Source of the DNA: a virus
IMG/VR virus record: IMGVR_UViG_3300031519_008107
Coordinates: 29,105 to 93,104 of that record
DNA: 64,000 nucleotides
Strand: one strand, 5' to 3'
Every line of letters starts with the position of its first letter. Position 1 is the stretch's first letter. The position numbers and the translations under genes are program-made. The notes below the pieces were generated by a model. That model worked only from the letters and a program-made list of their open reading frames with translations. It ran no database searches and had not been told where the DNA came from. Of the stretch, positions 49,301-58,707 are shown piece after piece.

Positions 49301-52300
49301 CATTGATGCTGCAATTTCAGCACTTATATTAAGAGCCTGACTCTCAGATTCCATTTGAATAACATCAACAAAATCTCCAGCAATACCTTCACCACCAGCC
49401 CTACCACCACCAGCTAAATATTGTGGTGTTATACCTCCCTTATTTTTATTAATAGCTTTTAATACATTTAAATTATCTTTAGTTGATCTTGCATTTACAA
49501 CAAACTCACCGGGAGTTAACATCGTAGGAACAGTATCAGTGCCTTTTTCTTGAAAGTCAATTAATTGACCCTCACTAGCATAAACAACACTACCTCCTTT
49601 AGACTTCGACCTTGACCTTCCAGCACGGCGTCCGCCTTTGGTGAACATGGCTAAAGTGGCAAGACTAGATATTATCGTTAAGAACGTACTGGCAGCTGAG
49701 GCTCCTTTTGATGCAAAACTATTCGCAGCTGCTGCTGCATCTTCTTGAGCAGTTCCTACACTAACAAGAGCTGTCTTTAATTCATCGAAAGTTTGTAATC
49801 TCTCTTTAATCCCCTGAGCAGCACTAAAATTTTCTTCAGCAAATTTTAAATCTTGTTCTGCTGATAATAATGCCTTTTGGGCTCTAGCTTTTTCTGCTGC
49901 AACTATGCCGTCCAATATACCTTTAGCTCCACCAATAGCAGCTCCACCCACAGCTCCAATTTTTCTTCCTTTTTTACCGCCTATCATTTGTCCAGCCAAG
50001 GATCCAGATTGAAGGCCGCTACCGGCGCCTGCTAAACCTTTAGTTGCTGCTTGAAAAGCAGTAGAAGTTTCGGCAGCAGTGCCTGACAGACCTTCAAAGG
50101 CAGTGCCCATTTCAGATAACTTGCCAGCAAAAAGAGTCAAACCCATACCAGCAGCAGTAGTAACACCACCAAAAGCTGAAAATTTCTCATCCACACTCTC
50201 TCCAAAAGCAAGTATTTTCTTTTTTGTTTTATCAAAAGTTTGTGCTAGTTGAGAGCCAATTTTTTTCTGTTTCTTTGCGTTCTCTTCAGCCGCTTCAGCC
50301 AACGCGTCTAATGCTTCAGCCGCTTCTGCTTCGCCAACAAGACCACCGCCAGCAACGGGAGCTGTTGCAACATTACCACCATTTTCAAAATGCTGCACAC
50401 CACCTACAGGACCACCCTTATTATATCCATTAATCTTTTTAAGATTGCCATACCCAAACGATTGAGCCGATGTCTTATTGACTACAAACTCACCGGGAGT
50501 AAGCATAGCGGGTACAGTATCAGAACCAGAAATACCTCCACCTTTAGCTTTTTTCTCAAATCTACCAGTTAATAACGATGCGTTTTGGCCTCTATAATCT
50601 ACTCCCTTTCTTAATAAATTAAGTAAATCTGGAGCATCAAACATAGGTCTACCGAAACCATCATATTGATTTGCTTTAGAGAAAGAGTCTTTTAAATTAT
50701 CTCCTTGCGATTTAGCCCATTTATCAGTTACTTTTGTTGCTGCATCTGCTAAGAATTTAGATTTTGATTTAGGAGGGCTGTCTGTTTCGTAAGTGTCTCC
50801 ACCTTTTAGTCTAGTGCTAGTTTTGTAAGGCTTTTCTGCTGGAGAAAAATTTACACTTAAACTGTCACCATCTATAGCATTTATTAAATCAACACCATGA
50901 ACAGCACCACCTTGTTTATACTTATTAATTTTAGACAAGTTACCAGCACCAAAAGCTTCTACAGCACTTTTACGAATAACAAATTCACCCGGAGTAAGCA
51001 TTGCTGGTACAGTATCTCCACTGCCACTGCCGGGAACACTACCTCCGCTAGCCATTCCCACAGAAGGACTACCAGACATTTTAGCTGTTAAACTCTTGAC
51101 TTCAGTTGTAAGAGCGACAAGAGCTGCTGTATTAGCACTCATGTTTTGCTTACCAGCTTCTTTACTACCTCCGCCGATTGCGTCTCCCATATTAGCGCCA
51201 ATACCAGAAACAGCACCAGCAGCACCGCCAACACCTTTTAATGCACCACTAAAACCTTTACCAAACTGACTTAAAAACTCAAAACCTTTACTAGCTGTTA
51301 AAGCTACTAATAAAGGAATGATAGGTTTAAAGGCACCTACTACTTTTATTAATGCACTAGCAAATGATAATGCTGTGCCTGTAAGGAATTGAAAAGTCTT
51401 ACTCTCTCCAATATCTCTAATTAATCCTAAAAATTGTTCACGGACTTTTGTTAACTGGACAGCTAATGCTCCCTGTGCTTTTGTTGCAGCATCGGTCAGA
51501 GAACCTGATCCTCGTTGAGCAACGCCTAATGCTTCTTGTGCTGTAGCAAATTCTTGGAGTAAAGGAATAACTTTACCAACCTGACGGAAACCACCCAACT
51601 CTTCAATAATTTTACTGAAGGTTGTAGATCTAGGATCTATACCAGCCAATCCTTCACTCAATCTTTGAATAGCTTTATAAGGACCAATAAAGTTACCCTC
51701 TAAATCTTGTAGTTCAACACCAAGTTCTTTTAAGAAATTGATGGTACTACCTCTTTGAATACGTGTAAAAATAGTTCGCAAACCAGTAGCGATAGTCTCG
51801 GCACTTTCACGAGTCGTAGCTCGAACACTAGTAAATAAAGCAATAAATTCATTAAGAGCATCTTGCCCTTGACTGATACCCCTACTGGATGATGCAAACA
51901 CACCACCAACACGCTGGATGGCAGTAATAATGTCGCTAGATTCTACAGCAAATCTACCAGCCACAGCATTGATACTTCCTAATGCACCCTCTAGATCATG
52001 TGCAGCTAAACCAAACTGCCTAAGAGAAGCAATAGCACCTTCTGTTGTATTTTTAAGATTATCAAATGTTGGAGCTAAATCAGCTTTCGCTAAAGCCTGT
52101 AAGGCTATTTTAGTTTCCGTAGCTGATAAACCAGCCTGAGATAATGTAACGCTAACCTCTGCTAAACTACTAGAACTCACACCAAATGATGTTGCCAGTC
52201 TAGTGATTTCACCAGATAAATCTTTGAGTTGTTTTTTAGTATCTCCTGTAACCTGAGAAATCCTAGTCATTTGTCTATCAAATTCTACAAATTCTCCAGT

Positions 52301-52759
52301 AGCATTCGCAATAGCTCCTGTAAATTGATTGACAATACTAGTAACCACACTAAAAGCGGCAAACCTTTTAACAGCTAACGCCGACTGTTTACCGAAGTCC
52401 TCTATAGCTGTAGTAGCTTTGCCAACGTCCTGTTTAGTTTGTTTAAAACTGGTGTTGCTCTTAGCTGTAACAGAAGCTAACTTGGAGGATGCGTCTGATA
52501 ACTTTCGATAATGTCCTGTTGCGGTTTTAGCCGTTGCTCCTAGTTGAGCTAGAGATGTCTGGGCGGCTATAGCATTTTTCCGAAGAGCAATTAAATTTTT
52601 ATTCAATTGTCCAATACTTTTACCAGCATTTTTAGCAACAGATAACTTGACATCTACACTGACATTACCCAGCTGCTTCTTAATTTGAGAAGCAACTTGT
52701 TTAACGTTTTTAGGGCCTTGCAGATTAATCTGTGCTGTGAGATTAAAAGAATTAGCCAT
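46361..52759 (-). CDS. tail tape measure protein with internal SNase domain and GG repeats
   Basis: TP901-type TMP core (L.QAG.S, AVES.D, ESAETIATGL.TIF.R), Ala-rich helices, hydrophobic segments, 2132 aa. Confidence 0.92.
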   Translation of the reverse strand: MANSFNLTAQINLQGPKNVKQVASQIKKQLGNVSVDVKLSVAKNAGKSIGQLNKNLIALRKNAIAAQTSLAQLGATAKTATGHYRKLSDASSKLASVTAKSNTSFKQTKQDVGKATTAIEDFGKQSALAVKRFAAFSVVTSIVNQFTGAIANATGEFVEFDRQMTRISQVTGDTKKQLKDLSGEITRLATSFGVSSSSLAEVSVTLSQAGLSATETKIALQALAKADLAPTFDNLKNTTEGAIASLRQFGLAAHDLEGALGSINAVAGRFAVESSDIITAIQRVGGVFASSSRGISQGQDALNEFIALFTSVRATTRESAETIATGLRTIFTRIQRGSTINFLKELGVELQDLEGNFIGPYKAIQRLSEGLAGIDPRSTTFSKIIEELGGFRQVGKVIPLLQEFATAQEALGVAQRGSGSLTDAATKAQGALAVQLTKVREQFLGLIRDIGESKTFQFLTGTALSFASALIKVVGAFKPIIPLLVALTASKGFEFLSQFGKGFSGALKGVGGAAGAVSGIGANMGDAIGGGSKEAGKQNMSANTAALVALTTEVKSLTAKMSGSPSVGMASGGSVPGSGSGDTVPAMLTPGEFVIRKSAVEAFGAGNLSKINKYKQGGAVHGVDLINAIDGDSLSVNFSPAEKPYKTSTRLKGGDTYETDSPPKSKSKFLADAATKVTDKWAKSQGDNLKDSFSKANQYDGFGRPMFDAPDLLNLLRKGVDYRGQNASLLTGRFEKKAKGGGISGSDTVPAMLTPGEFVVNKTSAQSFGYGNLKKINGYNKGGPVGGVQHFENGGNVATAPVAGGGLVGEAEAAEALDALAEAAEENAKKQKKIGSQLAQTFDKTKKKILAFGESVDEKFSAFGGVTTAAGMGLTLFAGKLSEMGTAFEGLSGTAAETSTAFQAATKGLAGAGSGLQSGSLAGQMIGGKKGRKIGAVGGAAIGGAKGILDGIVAAEKARAQKALLSAEQDLKFAEENFSAAQGIKERLQTFDELKTALVSVGTAQEDAAAAANSFASKGASAASTFLTIISSLATLAMFTKGGRRAGRSRSKSKGGSVVYASEGQLIDFQEKGTDTVPTMLTPGEFVVNARSTKDNLNVLKAINKNKGGITPQYLAGGGRAGGEGIAGDFVDVIQMESESQALNISAEIAASMATGAIPYVGAAKDFASAAANIYEGKWLDAIVDVGFGLFDAATDTLQAAGDLSVAGAAPATALGMAEQVATDQAQKAAKKSLKTLIPRMSKAVTDAFGSVKKSITGFLFGAGTKATKAAGKEGTEKATKDVVKNTTLLSKSYAFAKKNVVGLGAGLVAATASVWNWVTGNKEAQIAQAEASKQAALKVTELAKAIGNRLPDIQAAGSAEQREGLKDFDLAKVRTLLEGDRATANKQFAKLDDASTSLLRAASIQYARERGDTRSEEDIGKSFEQDMMRGFLADRGFTGAEAEKKMKGGFEDDPQMKKAFDNYVASQNRTAASLAMTAINADVLAQATKTLGYIALKTSSNIKKLTNDMNQVVAESDSRLSSIAGRADATTSMRDIDSERLSNRQGFTSEEFKSSLNSVVNAGGGGSELETAAGLLELKRAQEEVTAKLPKEASGQFRAEQFEKAFKDIGKDLGPEFQKIKDTLVTQAATSDDPEAMKAFNDKVAVAQKLFTEIAQIKFDALKKLNVQANKLSAALQRVTQLQLQGAANFANDTNRISEAGGNRLSVAERRAPADAQLEVFKKRTNAGGTSVDAFESRMNTLTAERKEVEQRQIDATAMPTDTADQRESRAKELEETGKAMGRLNAQSDTTRQALEFLANDTTALDAAMNSLAERTRQLEAQQNSYMSALTDPEQLGKSLANFAAVAAGQGDRKQVGQALQFVESQRASLGEEEYQRRRKEVLDGGQQSGAISAAEAANLSKSQNREEDGEYQTRKQLAMDEANIRQQANEALQRMEQQGVKSVEESMAKLARIINEELISAIRTAVLTANETIEQEKVSRDPGRTYDIKTQKPIMAPVPLDNPLMNPNATTEQLGRELLGVDMSVNPNPPVGAPTGGGGAGAGGAGGGGAASSSVTIDSSSLPDSLSLDTNVNVVASIPNYEALQSQIVSASVSQVSQLINKATNGGIQLKVESAVDDQMGAFLDGSPIA
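49499..51055 (-). repeat. three copies of the GG...DTVP(A/T)MLTPGEFV module in the TMP
   Basis: Copies at about 50978-51016, 50483-50521 and 49499-49537. Confidence 0.85.
50552..50905 (-). other. staphylococcal nuclease (thermonuclease) domain within the TMP
   Basis: IDGDS...RLKGGDTYET...DGFGR matches SNase D19/D21, R35-x4-D40-x2-E43 and D83-x3-R87. Confidence 0.75.
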
Positions 52760-52783
52760 AGTTATTTACTCTGAGGATTATTT

Positions 52784-53659
52784 TTAAGCTTGAACTTTCT
52801 TTTTCCTAGTTCTAGGCTTTTTAGGTTTAGGTTCTTCTTCTGTTGTCTTCTCTTCTTCTTCTTGATTTAATACTACAGGCTTACCTTTACTATCTAAAAA
52901 TGGTTTAAAGTCACTAACATAATCACCATCATAAGTGACCCTATTACCTTCAGCATCGACATACTCACCTTCGGTATTAATAAATCTATTATTTATATCT
53001 ACGAGCTTACCATTTCTATCAGTTTTTCGACCTTGCGAATCCACAAAGTCAAGAGCTTCATTTACAAACCCATATTCTTTCAAGAACTTGTTTTCTGGTA
53101 AAGTTGCTTCAAAATTATCTTCTAGACCATAAATCATATTAGCTAATTTATAAGCAGCTTTTACACCAACCATGTCAGCAGATCTATTGTTGTAATCCTC
53201 ATATCCCTGAAAATAAGTCTTGCCAGTCTCTTTATACACCACGCAAGCAGATACTAAGTAATTAAATTTAGCGTTATCAGCTTGTCCTTCAGCAGTATTA
53301 CTATCTAAATTATTTTTAACCGCAATGAGCTGTCTAAGTTCTTCTCTAGAATCTCTCATGTCTACAGCTACGGTTCTAGCTTCATCTAAGGTGATACCAC
53401 CGCTAGCTAGTGTCTTTTCGCCACTATTAATCTTAGTCTGTAATTCACTAAATTTTTTATCTTTATCCTGATCCCATAAACCTTGTTTTATTAGAATATC
53501 ATCTAACCTAGCTCTAATAATACTACCAGAATTAATAGCGTCGCTAAAAGCCTTATTATAAATCTTCTGTGCTTCCCTCTGACTTTTAAAAGACGGGCTT
53601 AACACCTTAAATGTGGTATCTTTACCTTCAACGTTTACTGTATACTCATGATTGTTCAT
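52784..53659 (-). CDS. putative tail assembly chaperone
   Basis: Directly upstream of the TMP; short VD..G repeats; AAGGAG SD. Confidence 0.55.
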   Translation of the reverse strand: MNNHEYTVNVEGKDTTFKVLSPSFKSQREAQKIYNKAFSDAINSGSIIRARLDDILIKQGLWDQDKDKKFSELQTKINSGEKTLASGGITLDEARTVAVDMRDSREELRQLIAVKNNLDSNTAEGQADNAKFNYLVSACVVYKETGKTYFQGYEDYNNRSADMVGVKAAYKLANMIYGLEDNFEATLPENKFLKEYGFVNEALDFVDSQGRKTDRNGKLVDINNRFINTEGEYVDAEGNRVTYDGDYVSDFKPFLDSKGKPVVLNQEEEEKTTEEEPKPKKPRTRKKKVQA

Positions 53660-53671
53660 AATATCTCCTTA

Positions 53672-53986
53672 TTACTTATCAGTAATATTAAATTTGTAAG
53701 AATAACTATCTTTTATATCCCCGGTTTCGTGTAAATAATCCTCCAACTCGTATAGACCTTCTCTTAAATTATAATTTCCATGATTTAAAATTTCATTTCT
53801 TAAATCCTCCCAAATATCTAAACACTGTTCCTGTTGAGGTGTCAGCTTATCTTTGCCTTCATGCCCCCATAAAAAACCAAAATGGCTCTCTACTCTTGAT
53901 AAACTACCTATCATAATTGTTTTAAATCTAGTTTCTAACTGATTTAATACATGTCTTGTATCATGTCTTTTTTTAGAATTACTCAT
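53672..53986 (-). CDS. hypothetical protein
   Basis: Start at MSNSKK (53986) overlaps the upstream stop (ATGA). Confidence 0.65.
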   Translation of the reverse strand: MSNSKKRHDTRHVLNQLETRFKTIMIGSLSRVESHFGFLWGHEGKDKLTPQQEQCLDIWEDLRNEILNHGNYNLREGLYELEDYLHETGDIKDSYSYKFNITDK

Positions 53987-55017
53987 AAACGGCCCTCTTT
54001 TTCTCTCATTTTTCTTTTTTGTACAGCAGGGATGTCTACCCAATCTATTTTCTTTTTACCTTTACCTAATTCCTGATCTGCAAATTGTTCCATCTCTTTA
54101 ATAAATTGTTTACTAGCAGGATCGTTTAAATCGTGTATTTCTTTTGATGTCTGTTCTTTATCAGCCATAAAGTAAACTTCACCAGCTTCTTTGTTTTTGC
54201 CCTGTAAAGCATTTTCAGCTTTTTGCAATTTAGCGTCTCTTTCTCTCTTTCGACTCTGACTAATAACCCAACCTTCTGTAGCATCAGGATTATCTAGAAT
54301 ATAACTATTAGGACACTCAGGATGTTTTCTAATACTATCCAAAGATAAATTACTATTTATAGCAAATAATTGTTCGTCATTTAAGTCTTTAGTGGGGTTT
54401 CCTATAAGTCTACCCTTAGATGCAGTCCAGTAATTACTCCATTCGTAACTCCTTATTAATTTAGGTATTTTATCAAAAATTCTTTCATAAGAATATTGAC
54501 TTAAAAAATTATCTAAAACAAAAGGATTTGTATCTTTTCTACGAAAGAATAGTCTACCCCTTAAATACACCGTATGTTTTAGTAAAAAGTGGTTTTTACA
54601 CTTCAGTAAAAAAAAGCTTTTAGTTAAATCCTTATATGTATCTTTACAGTTATATAAAGAAAGGGTCTCTCTTCTGTTTGTCTGTAGCTCTTTTTCAAAT
54701 AATTCTTTAGTTTTTTTAACATTAAAACCTAAAAATAAACCCAATTTTAATTCTTCTTGATTTTTTTCTAATTCTTCTAGCCTCTGTTGTTTTGTGTTGT
54801 TCCAAATACCAAAATGACTTAATATTTTTTGTCGTTTTATTTCGCTTAACCAATCATCACGCTCGTGATACTTAATCTCATCTTGTATTTTATTGAAATA
54901 AATATTAGCTTCATATTTAATTTTAGCTGTCGGAGTGACTACCTTAAATTTTTTCCCATGAAAATCACTATAATAGTAACCATTGATAAGTCTGTATAGT
55001 AAAAATTGTTGATTCAT
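53983..55017 (-). CDS. hypothetical protein (possible tail chaperone)
   Basis: Between the tube genes and the TMP. Confidence 0.6.
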   Translation of the reverse strand: MNQQFLLYRLINGYYYSDFHGKKFKVVTPTAKIKYEANIYFNKIQDEIKYHERDDWLSEIKRQKILSHFGIWNNTKQQRLEELEKNQEELKLGLFLGFNVKKTKELFEKELQTNRRETLSLYNCKDTYKDLTKSFFLLKCKNHFLLKHTVYLRGRLFFRRKDTNPFVLDNFLSQYSYERIFDKIPKLIRSYEWSNYWTASKGRLIGNPTKDLNDEQLFAINSNLSLDSIRKHPECPNSYILDNPDATEGWVISQSRKRERDAKLQKAENALQGKNKEAGEVYFMADKEQTSKEIHDLNDPASKQFIKEMEQFADQELGKGKKKIDWVDIPAVQKRKMREKEGRL

Positions 55018-55958
55018 TATGGTATCTTTTTAAGAGTAAACTGGTTGGCTGACTCAAAAGTTAGTGAAACTTCTACACTTCCACCACCAGTATCACCACC
55101 ATCATATGACACACTAGTTAAACTGCCTGTTCCTACATTCAATTCTTGACTACCACACAATATAAATTTAAGTGGAACTATACCACTATTTAATCCTGAG
55201 AATTTACATAAATGAGTAGCTTCACTAGAGTTGGTATCTATATCATAAAAGTCTAAACCAGAACCATTAATTACAGCGTTTACAGTTGTTGTTACAGTAA
55301 TAGGTAAGGTAGCATACCTATATTGCTGATTAGGATTGCTAACGTTCATACCAAACTCTTTAATGTCCTGAATGCCAAAATTAGCATCAATAGTAACGTT
55401 TGTAATATTAGAGTCTGCTGGTAGTAAACCCTGAGCTATTATACTCTCGGATGAACTCAAATGTTGTCTTCGATTTACGAGACCACTACTTCGTAACTGT
55501 GAAAATACAGTATTAGAAACAAGACATTGATTAAAATATTTATGATAACATTTAAGCTCGATATCTTCAGTGAAATTACCATTTGCTGGAAAATTATAAG
55601 CCACAGAATTAATGCTAACTCCACTTAAAAGTATGTTATAAGTATCACTAGCAGGAGATTCAGCTAATTTGCTCTCAGTATCTTTACCAATGAATAAACA
55701 CAAATTATTATTATGAGTATTTATATTGTCTTCTATCGTGCCACTATATATAAGACCTATACCGCTACTTATAATTCTCGAAACACCTATAGTAACTTCA
55801 GGATAGTTAGGTACATACTTATGTATTTTGAGACTACCGTACTGATCTAAGATAATATTTTCCTGCTGAGTGTTCAAAGTCACGCTCTGAACACCCTCTA
55901 CAGGTACATCATTATAACATATCCCTTGACAGGCATAAAATACCCGTTGATTTCCCAT
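55017..55958 (-). CDS. tail tube protein paralogue
   Basis: RVFYA, QSV..N, GNFTE, R.H, GGDTGGG shared with 55990-57000. Confidence 0.65.
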   Translation of the reverse strand: MGNQRVFYACQGICYNDVPVEGVQSVTLNTQQENIILDQYGSLKIHKYVPNYPEVTIGVSRIISSGIGLIYSGTIEDNINTHNNNLCLFIGKDTESKLAESPASDTYNILLSGVSINSVAYNFPANGNFTEDIELKCYHKYFNQCLVSNTVFSQLRSSGLVNRRQHLSSSESIIAQGLLPADSNITNVTIDANFGIQDIKEFGMNVSNPNQQYRYATLPITVTTTVNAVINGSGLDFYDIDTNSSEATHLCKFSGLNSGIVPLKFILCGSQELNVGTGSLTSVSYDGGDTGGGSVEVSLTFESANQFTLKKIP

Positions 55959-55989
55959 AACAGTCCTTTTAAATATTTAACCTAGTATC

Positions 55990-57000
55990 CTATAAAAGAG
56001 CTCTTTCAGGTTGAGCGCCAGAAGAAGAAATATGTAAGTCATTAAATGTAACATAACTATACGAAAGCGTTGCATTACCACCACCAGTGTCACCACCAGC
56101 AAATGCCACACTTGTCAACTTAACCTTGTTACCAAGATCAATAGTGTAAGCCCCATTAACATTTCCTGTAGGCGAACACATAACAAACTTAGCGGAACTT
56201 TCGCTAAGGCTTAGGTTTTGGCAAGATGTGTCAGGCACAGTTACTGTCGTATCGTCAAGACCTGTTGCAATACATTCGATATCTAAGCTAATTTCTAGAG
56301 GAAAGTTAACATAACGATGGAATGTAGAAAGCCTACCAAGCTTAAACATTTCTTCACGACCGAAGTCAGCACTAATACTAATACTGGTAATAGACTGTCC
56401 TTGTACCTCAGTTGGGAAAGAACAAATACCTGTATTAAGATGCTGTCGTTGGAAAGCTTTACTAACGCCCTGAGCAGCTTTTGCAGCTCCGCTGAACATA
56501 ACGTTCGATGCTGCACTAATAGACTTATCATTACCCACGAAACTACACTCTTCGGTAAAGTTACCATCCGTACCAATAGTATAGCTTACAGAACTCAGAT
56601 AAATAGGATCGCAGACAATAGCTCTTGTGTTAGCAAGTGTCGAAGCTGTATCACTACCTACGCCCATAACTAATTTTGTTCGTTTGTTTGCATTAGATAC
56701 AATACTACCTGTACCTACAGCAAGCTCATAAATGGTTGGATGACCATCTAAAACCTTATTAATAGTGACCTCAACATTAGGGTCTGTTACAACATTATCA
56801 TAAAGCTCTAATTGACCAAGCTGGAAGACCTGCTCAAGATTAAAGTTAGTGTTCATAGTAACACTTTGAGCACCAGCTACAGCTATTAGTCCTGTTGATA
56901 CACCCGATTTGTTGTATTGAGGGTCTGCGAGGCTTGTGTTGCCTGTTTCCTTCGCTAAGGCGACACCATGCGAAGCATAAAATACTCTATTATTGGCCAT
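55990..57000 (-). CDS. major tail tube protein
   Basis: Position in the tail operon; F.LGQLE.Y motif; duplicated beta-domain; own upstream motif and GGAG SD. Confidence 0.7.
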   Translation of the reverse strand: MANNRVFYASHGVALAKETGNTSLADPQYNKSGVSTGLIAVAGAQSVTMNTNFNLEQVFQLGQLELYDNVVTDPNVEVTINKVLDGHPTIYELAVGTGSIVSNANKRTKLVMGVGSDTASTLANTRAIVCDPIYLSSVSYTIGTDGNFTEECSFVGNDKSISAASNVMFSGAAKAAQGVSKAFQRQHLNTGICSFPTEVQGQSITSISISADFGREEMFKLGRLSTFHRYVNFPLEISLDIECIATGLDDTTVTVPDTSCQNLSLSESSAKFVMCSPTGNVNGAYTIDLGNKVKLTSVAFAGGDTGGGNATLSYSYVTFNDLHISSSGAQPERALL

Positions 57001-57032
57001 TTGAAGTCTCCGATAAAATTGGTAAGGATGGT

Positions 57033-57050
57033 ATTACTATAAAGTACACC
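57033..57050 (-). promoter_or_regulatory. GTGTA-type putative late promoter
   Basis: GGTGTACTTTATAGTAAT, 49 nt upstream of the tube ATG. Confidence 0.55.
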
Positions 57051-57058
57051 AAAAACAG

Positions 57059-58063
57059 TTATACTATAATAATTTCAGCTGTTGTGCGGATAGTGCTTTC
57101 AAATAGGTCTGGATTTACACTTTCAACACTAGAAACTACCATATTTTTTAATCTACAGTGATTATAATAGAAGTTATCGTTATTAACCAATTTATTATAT
57201 TGTATACGAGTAACGTTTAATGTACCATCCATAGTGTAAGGAGATACACCACTTTGTGCTACAGTATTTATATCATATAGTTTAATTACTCTATCTTCTT
57301 GCAATCTAATTATATCGCATATATTATTTCTATCATAATGATTATCAGCTACAACATGAATTAAAATGTCTTGATCTAAAACCATAGATTGGTCACCAAG
57401 CCTCCAAGGGGAAGATGAACTTCTAGGAACTATCTCAATAACTACAGCTGGTAATTGAACTCTATTTTTAGGATCTACAAAAAAATCTCCTTTATCTTTA
57501 CTTTTGTGATGTTTACTATTTTCGTCAGTAGCATATTGAATTTCTTGCCACCATTCAGCATCAGCATAGGTATAAACTTGAACCCATTTATAAGTATAAT
57601 TTAGTCTTAAATTTGTAGTCATAGGAATATTTGTATCAAATATAACCCGACCATTTAAATAATCTTGAGAATGAGCATAGGTTCCAGCAGCATTAGTGGC
57701 AATAAATCCAGTATTATTAATTGTTATTCCTGAGATAGTAACAGGTGCCGCTTGAGCCGCAACACCACCTGCAAACGAGTATAGTCCACCTACGCCCGTT
57801 TCATAAACCCAGTTTTTCCTCATGGTTTGCCAAACTTGACCATTTTTATAGTTAGGGTCTTGTACTGGATATAATCTATCCGGAGAACTACCATGAATAT
57901 TGTTTATATTTTTCTTAACATTTATATAACCCCCAGCAGCTAATAATCCATAATCAATAAAATCTTTTAGATTATACTCTAATTGATTACTGACGTAATT
58001 AAAGCTAGCCGAACCATCATATTGACCGTTTCGTAAATAAAATTTAGGATCATATTCTGCCAT
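57059..58063 (-). CDS. putative tail terminator/neck protein
   Basis: Upstream of the tube; QLPAVVIE motif. Confidence 0.55.
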   Translation of the reverse strand: MAEYDPKFYLRNGQYDGSASFNYVSNQLEYNLKDFIDYGLLAAGGYINVKKNINNIHGSSPDRLYPVQDPNYKNGQVWQTMRKNWVYETGVGGLYSFAGGVAAQAAPVTISGITINNTGFIATNAAGTYAHSQDYLNGRVIFDTNIPMTTNLRLNYTYKWVQVYTYADAEWWQEIQYATDENSKHHKSKDKGDFFVDPKNRVQLPAVVIEIVPRSSSSPWRLGDQSMVLDQDILIHVVADNHYDRNNICDIIRLQEDRVIKLYDINTVAQSGVSPYTMDGTLNVTRIQYNKLVNNDNFYYNHCRLKNMVVSSVESVNPDLFESTIRTTAEIIIV

Positions 58064-58707
58064 TATTGTAACGCTTCTGCTAGAGTTCTGTCTATTATAC
58101 CTGAGACACTTTGTATAGCCCTAGTAATCCAATTATCGTTGGGACTACCAGCAAACCCTGATGGTACACCCCACTTGCCAGTAACAGTTTTTTTCATAAC
58201 CAATCTACCAGCTCTACCTTCACCACCAGATATTTCATATTCTTTAATAATAATTTTATCGCCTTGTATTAATAACCAATCCAACCATGCTAAACTTTGA
58301 CCTTTTTTAGTTTTCTGTTTAGCTGATGGTGAACTAAGAACATCTGAATAATCAGATCGAATAGCTTCTATAGATATAGAGCTAATAATCTGACCAGATC
58401 TAATTTTTGGAGATTGATAGGTAACCTCAATATTTTTCCATAATTTCAATAAATTGTCTATTTTACTCGCAGCATCTGGAACGCCAAACTCATCTCTTAA
58501 TCTACCCCCAATTAAAGAACTATACTCTGGTTGAGAAACTATAGCTGATTCTATAATATTAGGAATTCTTCTTTTTAACTGTTTTACTGCTTTGAGCATG
58601 ATCTTGTTTGCATCACCTAGCAATGCTGATAAAATAGCTTTTTGTATTTGTTGTTCAGTGTCTATTAATTCAAGAGAAAGTCTCATTCTGCTCCTCCTCT
58701 TTGCCAA
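58063..58707 (-). CDS. putative neck/tail completion protein
   Basis: Position; WL.WLL...NW.TRA. Confidence 0.5.
   Translation of the reverse strand: MAKRRSRMRLSLELIDTEQQIQKAILSALLGDANKIMLKAVKQLKRRIPNIIESAIVSQPEYSSLIGGRLRDEFGVPDAASKIDNLLKLWKNIEVTYQSPKIRSGQIISSISIEAIRSDYSDVLSSPSAKQKTKKGQSLAWLDWLLIQGDKIIIKEYEISGGEGRAGRLVMKKTVTGKWGVPSGFAGSPNDNWITRAIQSVSGIIDRTLAEALQ

Noticed and set aside
52784-55017. Programmed frameshift in the tail assembly chaperones
   Set aside because: The three ORFs have their own starts, with SDs or stop-start overlaps; I could not identify a convincing slippery site linking them.
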